From a virus (lineage: Duplodnaviria > Caudoviricetes), in the IMG/VR virus record IMGVR_UViG_3300025012_000235, positions 1 to 30,713 of that record: DNA of 30,713 bases, one strand, 5' to 3'. The notes below the pieces were generated by a model that saw only the letters and a program-made list of their open reading frames with translations, was not told the origin of the DNA and did no database searches. The position numbers and the translations under genes are program-made. Positions 6,975 to 14,332 of this stretch are shown in pieces. How positions within the stretch are numbered: the stretch's first letter is position 1; each line of letters opens with the position of its first letter.

Positions 6975-7780
6975 TCCTGAGCCTCTGCTAGGAGTTCCCC
7001 ACAGTCACGGCAGATGTATTCGCCTTCCTCCGAGTAGGCCGGCGAGTGCTTGTGCTGTCGGGCCTTGGCTCGTTCCTCAAGCTCTATCAACAGACGCTTG
7101 CGCTCGTTCCCGTTGAGGTCACGGGCGCCGCGGTTGTTGAATATTTGCTGGCTCACCACATCGACCTCATCAGGGGCAAATCCCATCTGTTGGGCCAGTT
7201 CCAGGAAGGTGAGCTTTGGTGGGGACGCAGCAGGCCCCGACGCTCCCCGAGAAGAGGCCGCATCCGGTCGGGCTGGTTTAGCGGCGTTCATGTTGGGTGT
7301 CCCCTGCTGCGTTGCCCCATGCTCGATATCCATCTCCTCAGCGGGTGTCGCCTCATAGCCAGCGAGCGCCATGATGAAGCCGAGCGGTAGACGAAGGGCT
7401 TTCGAAGATGCGCGGGTTTGGGCCATGGACCGAAGCGCGTACTCCGCCCGTGTCGCCCAGGTCTTTTCGTCTCGCGTGCACTGCGCCTCTGCGGCGCCTA
7501 CGACGCGCCCATCCAGGGTGCGGGCTTCTACCCGTGCCTCCCAGCCTTGGTCTAGATGGCGCGTCCAGATGCAGACAGGGAACACACCCAGGAGGGAGCC
7601 GAGCAGCGTCCAGCCCTCGAGCCGAACGTACTCTCGGCCGCTGATGGTCGAGGCAAGCTTGCGTGACCGCACCACATCAGCCAGGGCATTGGCTTTCTCG
7701 TGGGCTGATTTGATGATCGCGTTCGGGTCGTCTGTGCCGAACAGTGTCATGGGTGCGTACGGGATCAGTTCTGTCGTCAT
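6971..7780 (-). CDS. putative ssDNA-annealing/recombination protein with a C-terminal Zn ribbon
   Basis: EYVRLEGWTLLG and RSMAQTRASSKALR..GYEATPAEEM resemble Rad52-like annealing proteins; H..CRDC at the C-terminus. Confidence 0.6.
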   Translation of the reverse strand: MTTELIPYAPMTLFGTDDPNAIIKSAHEKANALADVVRSRKLASTISGREYVRLEGWTLLGSLLGVFPVCIWTRHLDQGWEARVEARTLDGRVVGAAEAQCTRDEKTWATRAEYALRSMAQTRASSKALRLPLGFIMALAGYEATPAEEMDIEHGATQQGTPNMNAAKPARPDAASSRGASGPAASPPKLTFLELAQQMGFAPDEVDVVSQQIFNNRGARDLNGNERKRLLIELEERAKARQHKHSPAYSEEGEYICRDCGELLAEAQE

Positions 7781-7980
7781 GGCTTCACCTCTTTGACCTC
7801 AGTAATCTCCACCGGGTGCCTGGTAAGACAAGTGCCTTCATCCAGTGCTACCACCCGGCGTTTTGCGTCAGCCTCATCCAATGCGTAGACCAACCGCGTT
7901 TCGCTCACCTTCGCCGCAGATGAACAGATCACCCATGTCGTTTGTGTCATCGATTCGCCACGGCTCAGGCGTGTGCTCAC
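7777..7980 (-). CDS. hypothetical protein
   Basis: translationally coupled at both ends. Confidence 0.55.
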   Translation of the reverse strand: MSTRLSRGESMTQTTWVICSSAAKVSETRLVYALDEADAKRRVVALDEGTCLTRHPVEITEVKEVKP

Positions 7981-8090
7981 TCATCCTGTCCGCCTTCCGC
8001 GATGATCCAGAGAAACCAAGCTGTCCAGATCACGGTGGCGATCACGGCGACAGCAACGGCGTTCTCAAACAGGGCTTGAAGGGCAGTCAT
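7977..8090 (-). CDS. 37-aa membrane peptide (MTALQALFENAVAVAVIATVIWTAWFLWIIAEGGQDE)
   Basis: translated by hand; ATGA/GTGA couplings; one hydrophobic helix. Confidence 0.65.
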   Translation of the reverse strand: MTALQALFENAVAVAVIATVIWTAWFLWIIAEGGQDE

Positions 8091-8281
8091 CGGTAGCGGT
8101 CCCGGTATGCTACGCAGCCGTCGCAGTCGTAGTCCTCATGGCAGCGGCCATAGACTGCACCGCTCACAGGCTGAGGCGTCCAGCCGCCCGCACCTCCACA
8201 GGAAGGACAAGGGCGAAGCTCCATCAGGTGCCGATGCTTGCAGGCTCTGCAGTCGAAAAGAAACCGCCGTTGCTTCTCCAT
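8087..8281 (-). CDS. Cys-rich zinc-finger microprotein
   Basis: CRAC, CPSC, C..CDGC; fits the operon spacing. Confidence 0.65.
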   Translation of the reverse strand: MEKQRRFLFDCRACKHRHLMELRPCPSCGGAGGWTPQPVSGAVYGRCHEDYDCDGCVAYRDRYR

Positions 8282-8284
8282 CCC

Positions 8285-8647
8285 TCACCCCCTGATCGAG
8301 GCTTCCTGCGCCTCTATGTCCGCTTGATTGCCGAGGGCCTTAGCCATGGCAGCATCGATGTCTGGGATCAAGGACGGGTGATGAGGCCACTGCGCCTCAT
8401 CACGATCAAGCCCACGCAATGCGAACGCTTCACGTGCCGCTTGCAGCGCCTCTAGAAGCTCCGGCGCGGCGGCTATGAGGCGGGCGTTGGCTTTACACCG
8501 TTCCCACGAAGTCTCGTCGTAGATGTTGCTTAGCCAGGAGCCGTCAGCATCAGAATCAGATGTGTGGATACGGCACACGGCAATGCCTGTTAGTTCCTCG
8601 ACGTACCACGGCCCCGGCGTCCCCTTGAACTCTGTCTCGTTGCTCAT
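8285..8647 (-). CDS. phage hypothetical protein (TPGPW...ANARLIAAAPELLEAL family)
   Basis: characteristic motifs; AAGGAG RBS before ATG 8647. Confidence 0.85.
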   Translation of the reverse strand: MSNETEFKGTPGPWYVEELTGIAVCRIHTSDSDADGSWLSNIYDETSWERCKANARLIAAAPELLEALQAAREAFALRGLDRDEAQWPHHPSLIPDIDAAMAKALGNQADIEAQEASIRG

Positions 8648-8659
8648 GTATGCTCTCCT

Positions 8660-8804
8660 TGGCTGCAAGGCGCTCTCTTTGGTGGCCCCGGCCCTCGCTA
8701 GTAAGGTCCGGGGCCTATCCATCCCTGGTTCCTCGATAGGCCCTTCCTTCCTTTACTCACCCTGACGATGGGCGGATGCCTCCTTCGGAGACGGCCGCCG
8801 GCAG
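8660..8804 (-). promoter_or_regulatory. structured intergenic leader with several hairpins
   Basis: perfect 9-bp inverted repeat at 8710-8718/8734-8742; second hairpin at 8771-8799. Confidence 0.45.
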
Positions 8805-9119
8805 CTAGCCATCCTTCAGCCTCCATCGTCTAAGTGCTCTGGCGTGGGCTGGCCCACGGCTTGAAAGCTCCCAGCCGCAGAACTCGAAGCGCTTGTCTTT
8901 GAAAACAGCGCCCATCAGGTTCTGCCGTGGCGGGTCGCCTGCCATGCCCCGCACGTCGTTAGCCGTGACGTAGGAGATGAAACGGTAGCTAAGCATTCTC
9001 TCGGCCCAGTCCCGCGCCTTCCTTAGCCACTCCTGGCACTCATCGCCCTGGCTAACCAGCGCCAGGCCACGGTCGCGGCGCCGCTCGCCGTCGAGCAGGG
9101 AGAGCTGTACGGCGGTCAC
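8805..9119 (-). CDS. hypothetical phage protein with an N-terminal QLSLL motif
   Basis: GTGA coupling; GERRRDRG..W..A..VTANDVR..NLMGAVF pattern seen in phage proteins. Confidence 0.75.
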   Translation of the reverse strand: MTAVQLSLLDGERRRDRGLALVSQGDECQEWLRKARDWAERMLSYRFISYVTANDVRGMAGDPPRQNLMGAVFKDKRFEFCGWELSSRGPAHARALRRWRLKDG

Positions 9120-9478
9120 GGCTCGGTCCCGTTCTGGAGGAATGCCTGCACGTCGGACCAGCGCCGATAGACCTGTTCTAGTTGTGCCTTCTCCTCGCGG
9201 GTCTGTTTCTCCGCCTCTTCCCAGGCGGCGTCATCCCGGATGCCCTCGACAGCACTCTCGATCAGGTCCGCCAAGACTTGCGGCTCTAGCGCGTCCAGCT
9301 CCCAAGACTCGTTGCCGTGGATGCTGATGTAACCGACCGCCCGGCTGTCGGTGATCTTGGCCGGGTTCGGCGGCGGCGTGTACTCCTGTACCTGATCCAT
9401 GTTCAGGGCCAGACGTTCAAACTCCAGGCCGCCCATGAAGAGTTCGAGGCGCGCCTGTATATAGGCGATCAGGGGCAT
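9116..9478 (-). pseudogene. C-terminal fragment of a Topo VI-A/TOPRIM-like phage protein
   Basis: RLALNMDQVQEYTPPPNPAKITDSRA..SWELDALEP present; the upstream catalytic part (DxDPSG) is missing. Confidence 0.65.
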
Positions 9479-10146
9479 TACGACGCCACCGCCTCCGCCA
9501 GGGGCACGGCCTCGGGCTCATGCTCGTGATCGACCTTGCGCGTGACCTTCGACCCCTGGCAGCTCATGCACAGGCGGCCCGCCCGGGATTGCCCGCTGCC
9601 CTCGCAGGCGTCGCAGGGCACCTCCACCAGGGCCTCGGCCTTGCGCGTGCTCTTGGCCCGCCAGGCGGCGTTGGCCCAATACAGGGCCTCACCGCAGAGG
9701 CGGCAGACCAGCGGGTCCGGGCTCGACACCTCCGCGAACGGGGCCGGTGTCCAGATGCGGTGCGACTCGACCAGCGAGCCGCCGCGGAGCTCGATCCCCT
9801 CGATGCGCTGCAGCGGCGCCTGCAGGGACAGCAGCACCTGGCGGATCAGCAAATCCGCCCCGTCGTTGTGCTCTTTGCCCTTCGCGCCGTGCAGCTTGAC
9901 CTCTGCGCCCGTCCAGCGCCAACAGGCGAAGAGCGAGAGCTTGACCATCTGGCCGCGGGCGCTGAGGTAGCTGGCCTCGACGTAGCAGGTCTGCGCGATG
10001 CGCTCCGGCAGTGTTTCGGTCGGACCGGTCACGACGGCCAGGCGGACGATGCCGTCCTCGATGGCGCTCGCGGCGCAGTCGGCGGCCAGCTCCTCGAGGA
10101 AGGCGGCCGGCTCGGTGAAATGGATTTCGTGCAGCCGCGTGGTCAT
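9478..10146 (-). CDS. hypothetical protein with a C-terminal DnaJ-type CxxCxGxG zinc finger
   Basis: CDACEGSG..CMSCQGS and CRLC; strongly G/C-ending codons; coupled at both ends. Confidence 0.8.
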   Translation of the reverse strand: MTTRLHEIHFTEPAAFLEELAADCAASAIEDGIVRLAVVTGPTETLPERIAQTCYVEASYLSARGQMVKLSLFACWRWTGAEVKLHGAKGKEHNDGADLLIRQVLLSLQAPLQRIEGIELRGGSLVESHRIWTPAPFAEVSSPDPLVCRLCGEALYWANAAWRAKSTRKAEALVEVPCDACEGSGQSRAGRLCMSCQGSKVTRKVDHEHEPEAVPLAEAVAS

Positions 10147-10370
10147 GCCGGCACCGCCACGACCGGCCAGTATTCTAAGTAGCGGCCATTGGTCACCAGC
10201 CTGCGCCTATAGATGGTCCGGCTGATGCAGAGCAGATGTCCAAGGCTGTAGAGGACAGACGATCTGGGCAGATCGAGCGCCTTGCTGATTTCGCTAGCCG
10301 TGCAGCCAGGATGGGCGGATATGTACCGTTGGATGGAGGCGTGCCTCGTGAGGGGTGGCCTGACGTTCAT
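10143..10370 (-). CDS. winged helix-turn-helix DNA-binding protein
   Basis: IQRYISAHPGCTASEISKALDLPRSSVLYSL; ATGA coupling at 10367-10370. Confidence 0.75.
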   Translation of the reverse strand: MNVRPPLTRHASIQRYISAHPGCTASEISKALDLPRSSVLYSLGHLLCISRTIYRRRLVTNGRYLEYWPVVAVPA

Positions 10371-10543
10371 CGCCCGTCCGTCCTCTCGCGCTCGGCGCGC
10401 TTCTTGGCGCGGCAATCGGCGCAGCGCTTAGGCTCCTGGAGCTCGCGCTGGGCGAAGAACTCCTGCTCGCCCGCGGTGAAGGTCCAGGGCTGGCCGCAAT
10501 CGATGCAGGTGCGCTGCAGGTCCTGGTACTGAGGCGGTGCCAT
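10367..10543 (-). CDS. 58-aa zinc-ribbon protein (zf-trcl-like)
   Basis: hand translation MAPPQYQDLQRTCIDCGQPWTFTAGEQEFFAQRELQEPKRCADCRAKKR; GGAGG RBS; absent from the ORF track. Confidence 0.85.
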   Translation of the reverse strand: MAPPQYQDLQRTCIDCGQPWTFTAGEQEFFAQRELQEPKRCADCRAKKRAERERTDGR

Positions 10544-10547
10544 GGGC

Positions 10548-10736
10548 CTATGCCTCCTCCTGCCGCAGCGAGGTGCGTTGCCAACTCTTGCCTAGGCCAC
10601 GGGCATCTATGGCGTGCCGCAGGCCGTTCGCGAACTGGACGACGACGTAGGCTGGCAGCCCCTGGTCGTAGATGGGCTCGCCCTCGTAAGTCGTGGTGAT
10701 CACCCTGCCCGTGCCTTTGACGGCGGGGTGCAGCCA
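10548..10736 (-). pseudogene. 5'-truncated hypothetical gene (WLHPAVKGTGRVITTTYEGEP...), or a short CDS from GTG 10703
   Basis: gene-like codon usage from ~10736, but an in-frame TGA lies just upstream and there is no earlier start. Confidence 0.5.
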
Positions 10737-11113
10737 GGACGGCCATATTGGCCGTAGCCGTCAGCATTATGGCCACCCTGCCAAACCCAGCAATCTTCTA
10801 AACGAATGTGGTGGTGGCTTAGCTTTCGAACTCCCCCTCGACGTGTAGGCTCACCATGAAGGCTTCCCGGCAATGCGGGCAGGTCATGCGGCCGGAGATC
10901 GGTACTTTGAGCGCCGCCAGAAGCTCTGAGTCCAGCTTGGCCCACAGCCACTTGAAGAATGGGCTCTTGGGTTGCCAGCCGGGTGGCGGCGCCGTGTCGC
11001 GGTATCGCTGTTCGAGCATGATCCTCCCCCTGTGCGTTACTTCGGCGGGGAGAGTAATCGACTCGCGGCAATATTACCGATGGGTTCGTGTCGCTGTCTG
11101 TGAGTCGGGCCAT
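10700..11113 (-). CDS. uncertain first ORF of the early operon, ending in an HNH-like remnant (DCWVWQGGHNADGYGQY)
   Basis: AGAAAGG RBS and ATG 11113; its middle is the shadow of 10819-11019. Confidence 0.35.
   Translation of the reverse strand: MARLTDSDTNPSVILPRVDYSPRRSNAQGEDHARTAIPRHGAATRLATQEPILQVAVGQAGLRASGGAQSTDLRPHDLPALPGSLHGEPTRRGGVRKLSHHHIRLEDCWVWQGGHNADGYGQYGRPGCTPPSKARAG
10819..11019 (-). CDS. 66-aa hypothetical protein with CPHC
   Basis: GGGGAGG RBS before ATG 11019. Confidence 0.65.
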   Translation of the reverse strand: MLEQRYRDTAPPPGWQPKSPFFKWLWAKLDSELLAALKVPISGRMTCPHCREAFMVSLHVEGEFES

Positions 11114-11129
11114 CTTCGGCCCTTTCTCT

Positions 11130-11195
11130 GTCTCTCAGACAAACGTTTAACTTCGCACTATATATGTACGAGCAAGAACGTTAAGTCTGAGGCTC
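11130..11195 (-). promoter_or_regulatory. putative early promoter flanked by an imperfect inverted repeat
   Basis: minus-strand TTAACG-16-TATAGT; ctcagacaaacgtt (11134-11147) against aacgttaagtctgag (11177-11191). Confidence 0.5.
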
Positions 11196-11331
11196 GGGCG
11201 TTACTTTACCATTATTCTCGCTATGTTCAGGTTTAGGTGTTCGCCATGCCAGCGATTTGCAGCGGGGACACTGGACTGGGTTCGGCTTTCGCGGCTCCCA
11301 GGATGCTCCGCAGCGCTGGCAGGTGAAGAGA

Positions 11332-11379
11332 TTGACTGTCACCATGGGGCCATATTACTATGAATTTGGTTACTGTCAA
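11332..11379. promoter_or_regulatory. overlapping face-to-face sigma70-like promoters with operator-like dyads
   Basis: plus TTGACT-18-TACTAT; minus TTGACA-16-TAATAT; 13-bp inverted repeat with 11/13 identity. Confidence 0.55.
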
Positions 11380-11408
11380 GGGGTTGGAGCCCTTAATTTT
11401 GAGGAGGC

Positions 11409-11732
11409 ATGAAGATGAGCAGATGGGATGAATCACCAGAAGAGCTGAAGCGGCGTGAGGAGGCGGGGATCGATGGTGACCTCGATTGGCACTGGTTAGT
11501 CAAGCTGCGCCGTGGCTATATGACCGCACCTGACCTAGATGCCATAGCCGAGATCGATTACCTGCGCTGGCATCTGGAGGAGATGCTGCGCGCCGAACGT
11601 GCCCGATCAGTTTTGGACCAGGCCATCGATAGCGCGACAGGCTTCGACAAAGAGAAGATGCGTGAGGCCAAGGGGATCATGCGCCGGATCAGGACACTAC
11701 AACGTCAAGTCACGGGCCACGAGGCAGGATGA
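11409..11732 (+). CDS. hypothetical helical protein, divergently transcribed
   Basis: GAGGAGG RBS; candidate promoter upstream. Confidence 0.75.
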   Translation: MKMSRWDESPEELKRREEAGIDGDLDWHWLVKLRRGYMTAPDLDAIAEIDYLRWHLEEMLRAERARSVLDQAIDSATGFDKEKMREAKGIMRRIRTLQRQVTGHEAG

Positions 11733-11959
11733 TGGCCCCTGACCTCTGTCCTAAGTGTGGAGCCTACTGGGATTGTGGATGCGAGAAGGCCGCGACCTCC
11801 ATAAGAACGTGGTATGTACCACCGGCCACGGGAGTTAATACCGAAGGACGCTTATCTGGCGCATTGAGGCTTGAACGACGAGATGGAAGCGTAGTCATCG
11901 TCATGCCACAGGCGGATCTCGGCCCTCCAGACCCTAGACCACGCCTAGAACCCCTGTAG
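11729..11959 (+). CDS. small Cys-containing protein (CPKCGAYWDCGC)
   Basis: ATGA coupling to the previous gene. Confidence 0.6.
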   Translation: MMAPDLCPKCGAYWDCGCEKAATSIRTWYVPPATGVNTEGRLSGALRLERRDGSVVIVMPQADLGPPDPRPRLEPL

Positions 11960-12041
11960 CGGCGTCCACGATGGCCGCGGCCAGCGCTACGATCAGCGCG
12001 ACTAGCGCAGCCTTCACCTGCGGCGTCCAAAGTCGTTTCAT
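11934..12041 (-). CDS. 35-aa membrane peptide, holin-like candidate (MKRLWTPQVKAALVALIVALAAAIVDAATGVLGVV)
   Basis: translated by hand; GGAGGT RBS; last gene of the late operon. Confidence 0.65.
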   Translation of the reverse strand: MKRLWTPQVKAALVALIVALAAAIVDAATGVLGVV

Positions 12042-12045
12042 TGCC

Positions 12046-12267
12046 TTACCTCCAGTACCTCTTACTCGCGTAGGCCGATGCTGGGACCGTGCCTACCCCG
12101 CGCCTCAGCTTTACGCCGTCCGTCCTGTCGTGCCCTGACCCCGGACCGCCCCTGCTCCTGGGTATGTCCAGCACGTCAGGCTGGACGAGCGCCTTCGCGC
12201 AGTACAGGCAGTAGCCGTCCAGATCGGGCAGCGGACGGGCACAGACGCAGAGCTGGACTACAGACAT
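12046..12267 (-). CDS. small zinc-finger protein (CVC..CLYC)
   Basis: overlaps the protease stop; fits the operon. Confidence 0.5.
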   Translation of the reverse strand: MSVVQLCVCARPLPDLDGYCLYCAKALVQPDVLDIPRSRGGPGSGHDRTDGVKLRRGVGTVPASAYASKRYWR

Positions 12268-13139
12268 GATGTCGTCCCCGCATCGACCAACTCCCGGCCC
12301 CAGGACAGCGGCAGGGCGTTCTCATGGCCCAGCAGCACGGCCGTACAGGGGCCGAGGTTCTGAATCCGCTCCGCGCCGCAGGCTAAGCCTGAGCACTGAA
12401 TCGGCGTCAGGTACTGGCCGCTGAAGAACACGTAACCCGTGTAGGTGCGGAAGAACACCGCGATGCGTGTGGTCTGGCGGTCGCTGGATCCGTAGACCAG
12501 CACGTCGCCGAGCAGCGCCCCGCCGTTGTGTGCCTGAGGGATGGCCGTGCGCTCCAGGCGCTGAATCTCGACGTACTCGAAGTCATGCCGGCTGTCCGGG
12601 CCCGTGTTCATGAAATCGCGCCATCCCGGCACGGCCCCTAGGTTGGCCCCGTACTGCTCGTTCCAGGTCAAGAGCGCGTGCATGAGCTCGTGCAGGGCCA
12701 CGGCCAGCCTCGATATGTCGAAGCTCCAGCCTTCCATCGAGCCGTTCAGCACGATGTTGACGTTGCCGGGAAAGCCCTCGCATAGGCAGCCGATCACCCC
12801 CGGCGTGGCGCCAGCCGCGGCCGTCCACTCGACCCCGCAAAGGACGCGGATGCGCCAGCCGTTCGCGGACTCCAGGAACAGGGCGCCGCTCTCGCGGCTG
12901 ATCGAGTTCATGGCCTCTCTCACGGCCTGGGCGGACTTGGGCGAGCAGGAATCCTCCAGCCGGTAGCGGAAGACGCCGAAGCGCAGCAATTCGGACTCGG
13001 CCAGGTTCCAAATGTTCAGGCCCGGGAATTGATCCGGGCGCGGTTGTCCAGGCAGCGGCGGGTCGGCCGCCTCAGTCTTTAGGCCGAAGGCTAAATTTAG
13101 CCCCGCGACTAACAGCACCGCAAGAATGAGCCGTCTCAC
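12258..13139 (-). CDS. secreted zinc metalloprotease (metzincin-like)
   Basis: signal peptide RRLILAVLLVAGLNLAFG..AEA; VALHELMHAL (HExxH); DFMN Met-turn-like motif. Confidence 0.8.
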   Translation of the reverse strand: MRRLILAVLLVAGLNLAFGLKTEAADPPLPGQPRPDQFPGLNIWNLAESELLRFGVFRYRLEDSCSPKSAQAVREAMNSISRESGALFLESANGWRIRVLCGVEWTAAAGATPGVIGCLCEGFPGNVNIVLNGSMEGWSFDISRLAVALHELMHALLTWNEQYGANLGAVPGWRDFMNTGPDSRHDFEYVEIQRLERTAIPQAHNGGALLGDVLVYGSSDRQTTRIAVFFRTYTGYVFFSGQYLTPIQCSGLACGAERIQNLGPCTAVLLGHENALPLSWGRELVDAGTTSCL

Positions 13140-13489
13140 TTCGCCGTCCTCAAGCAGGCCATCGCCTCAGCGCTCTCGATCAGCACCGGCTCCGAGTCCT
13201 TACCTTTGAAGTACTCGCCGACGTTGTTCAGGACCGGCGTGTCCTGCCAGTGCAGCTCCTCGAGGCCGTTGCGTGCGATGGCCGTGTTGCCGCCGTTCTC
13301 AGAGTTCGGCGTGTACGTAACCGTCAGGGCCTTACGGCAGAAGTCGAGGGCATCGAAGGACGGTGAGGCGGGCCGTATCTCCTCCACTACCCCAGCCTGG
13401 TTCTCGACCACCGCGCCGCCGGCCAGGCCCAGCATGAGCATGACCCCGGCCAGTAAGCCGCCGCCTCCCGCTATCGCGCTCCTAATCAT
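13136..13489 (-). CDS. secreted or membrane-anchored hypothetical protein
   Basis: N-terminal hydrophobic segment; two Cys that may pair; start at ATG 13489. Confidence 0.7.
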   Translation of the reverse strand: MIRSAIAGGGGLLAGVMLMLGLAGGAVVENQAGVVEEIRPASPSFDALDFCRKALTVTYTPNSENGGNTAIARNGLEELHWQDTPVLNNVGEYFKGKDSEPVLIESAEAMACLRTAK

Positions 13490-13499
13490 GGCTTCACCC

Positions 13500-13937
13500 C
13501 TACATCGATCCCAAGACGTACATAGCGGCGGTGGCGATAGCGCCACCAGTGGTGAGTGAGGCCGTGATCAGTTTCCATTGCGCCATCAACACGCTTTGGC
13601 GCACTTTCGAGTCGCTGCGCTCACTCCACAGCGTTCCTAACCGCTTCTCAATTTCCTCATTGTTTTCGCCATGCCATTTGTCGTGACCATCCTGGCGGCC
13701 TTCTACTTTGGCGATCCGATCCATGGCCTTTGAGACATTGCCGTTCTGCTCTTTTTGCAACACTCTTAATCCTTTGATGTCCTCGATTAAACCCGCGTTA
13801 TGCTCACTATCCTGAATACGCTCCTGATCCAGGCGCTCGTTCAGATGCCGGAATCCATCATCAAACCGCTGCAAGACCAAGGCACGGAAGCCCTCGATGC
13901 GTTCGGCCAAGACTTCAAGAGTGGGAGGCTGGGGCAC
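13500..13937 (-). CDS. coiled-coil protein with a C-terminal TM helix (XhlA/holin-accessory-like)
   Basis: heptad pattern followed by WKLITASLTTGGAIATAAMYVLG; position after the tail genes. Confidence 0.7.
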   Translation of the reverse strand: MPQPPTLEVLAERIEGFRALVLQRFDDGFRHLNERLDQERIQDSEHNAGLIEDIKGLRVLQKEQNGNVSKAMDRIAKVEGRQDGHDKWHGENNEEIEKRLGTLWSERSDSKVRQSVLMAQWKLITASLTTGGAIATAAMYVLGSM

Positions 13938-13940
13938 TTC

Positions 13941-14111
13941 TCATTCCTCTTTCCAATCCACCCAAGTCACGGTCTGCCCGGTCCGCGTCCAAGCGTGCTG
14001 GCAGGCTTTGCTCTTGTGGACCTTGTGGCCTTTCGGCAGCTCGCAGAGACAGGGCTTGTTGTCAGTCCAGTCCTTTGCCGGACACGGCTCGCCACAGATC
14101 GGTTTGCTCAT
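13941..14111 (-). CDS. 56-aa Cys/His-rich microprotein
   Basis: MSKPICGEPC..CLCELPKGHKVH; ATGA coupling. Confidence 0.6.
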   Translation of the reverse strand: MSKPICGEPCPAKDWTDNKPCLCELPKGHKVHKSKACQHAWTRTGQTVTWVDWKEE

Positions 14112-14332
14112 TTCCGCCTCAACTCTCCCGTGGGCACCGACACGCCCTCTAGCTTGCAGTAGCCCCAGCCCCATTGCCTGTCCATCTCGGCGTCACCGTT
14201 GCAAGGCTTCAAGCCCTCGCCGTGACACTCGATGCACTCCGAATATCTGCCACAGACGCATTCGATCAGCGCCATGTGGACGTAGCCGCCCTCAAAACTC
14301 GATGGCGTCATTGGGTCTATCTGGCTGTTCAT
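14108..14332 (-). CDS. 74-aa Cys-rich microprotein
   Basis: ATGA coupling to the tail-gene stop; CVC..CIEC. Confidence 0.6.
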   Translation of the reverse strand: MNSQIDPMTPSSFEGGYVHMALIECVCGRYSECIECHGEGLKPCNGDAEMDRQWGWGYCKLEGVSVPTGELRRK

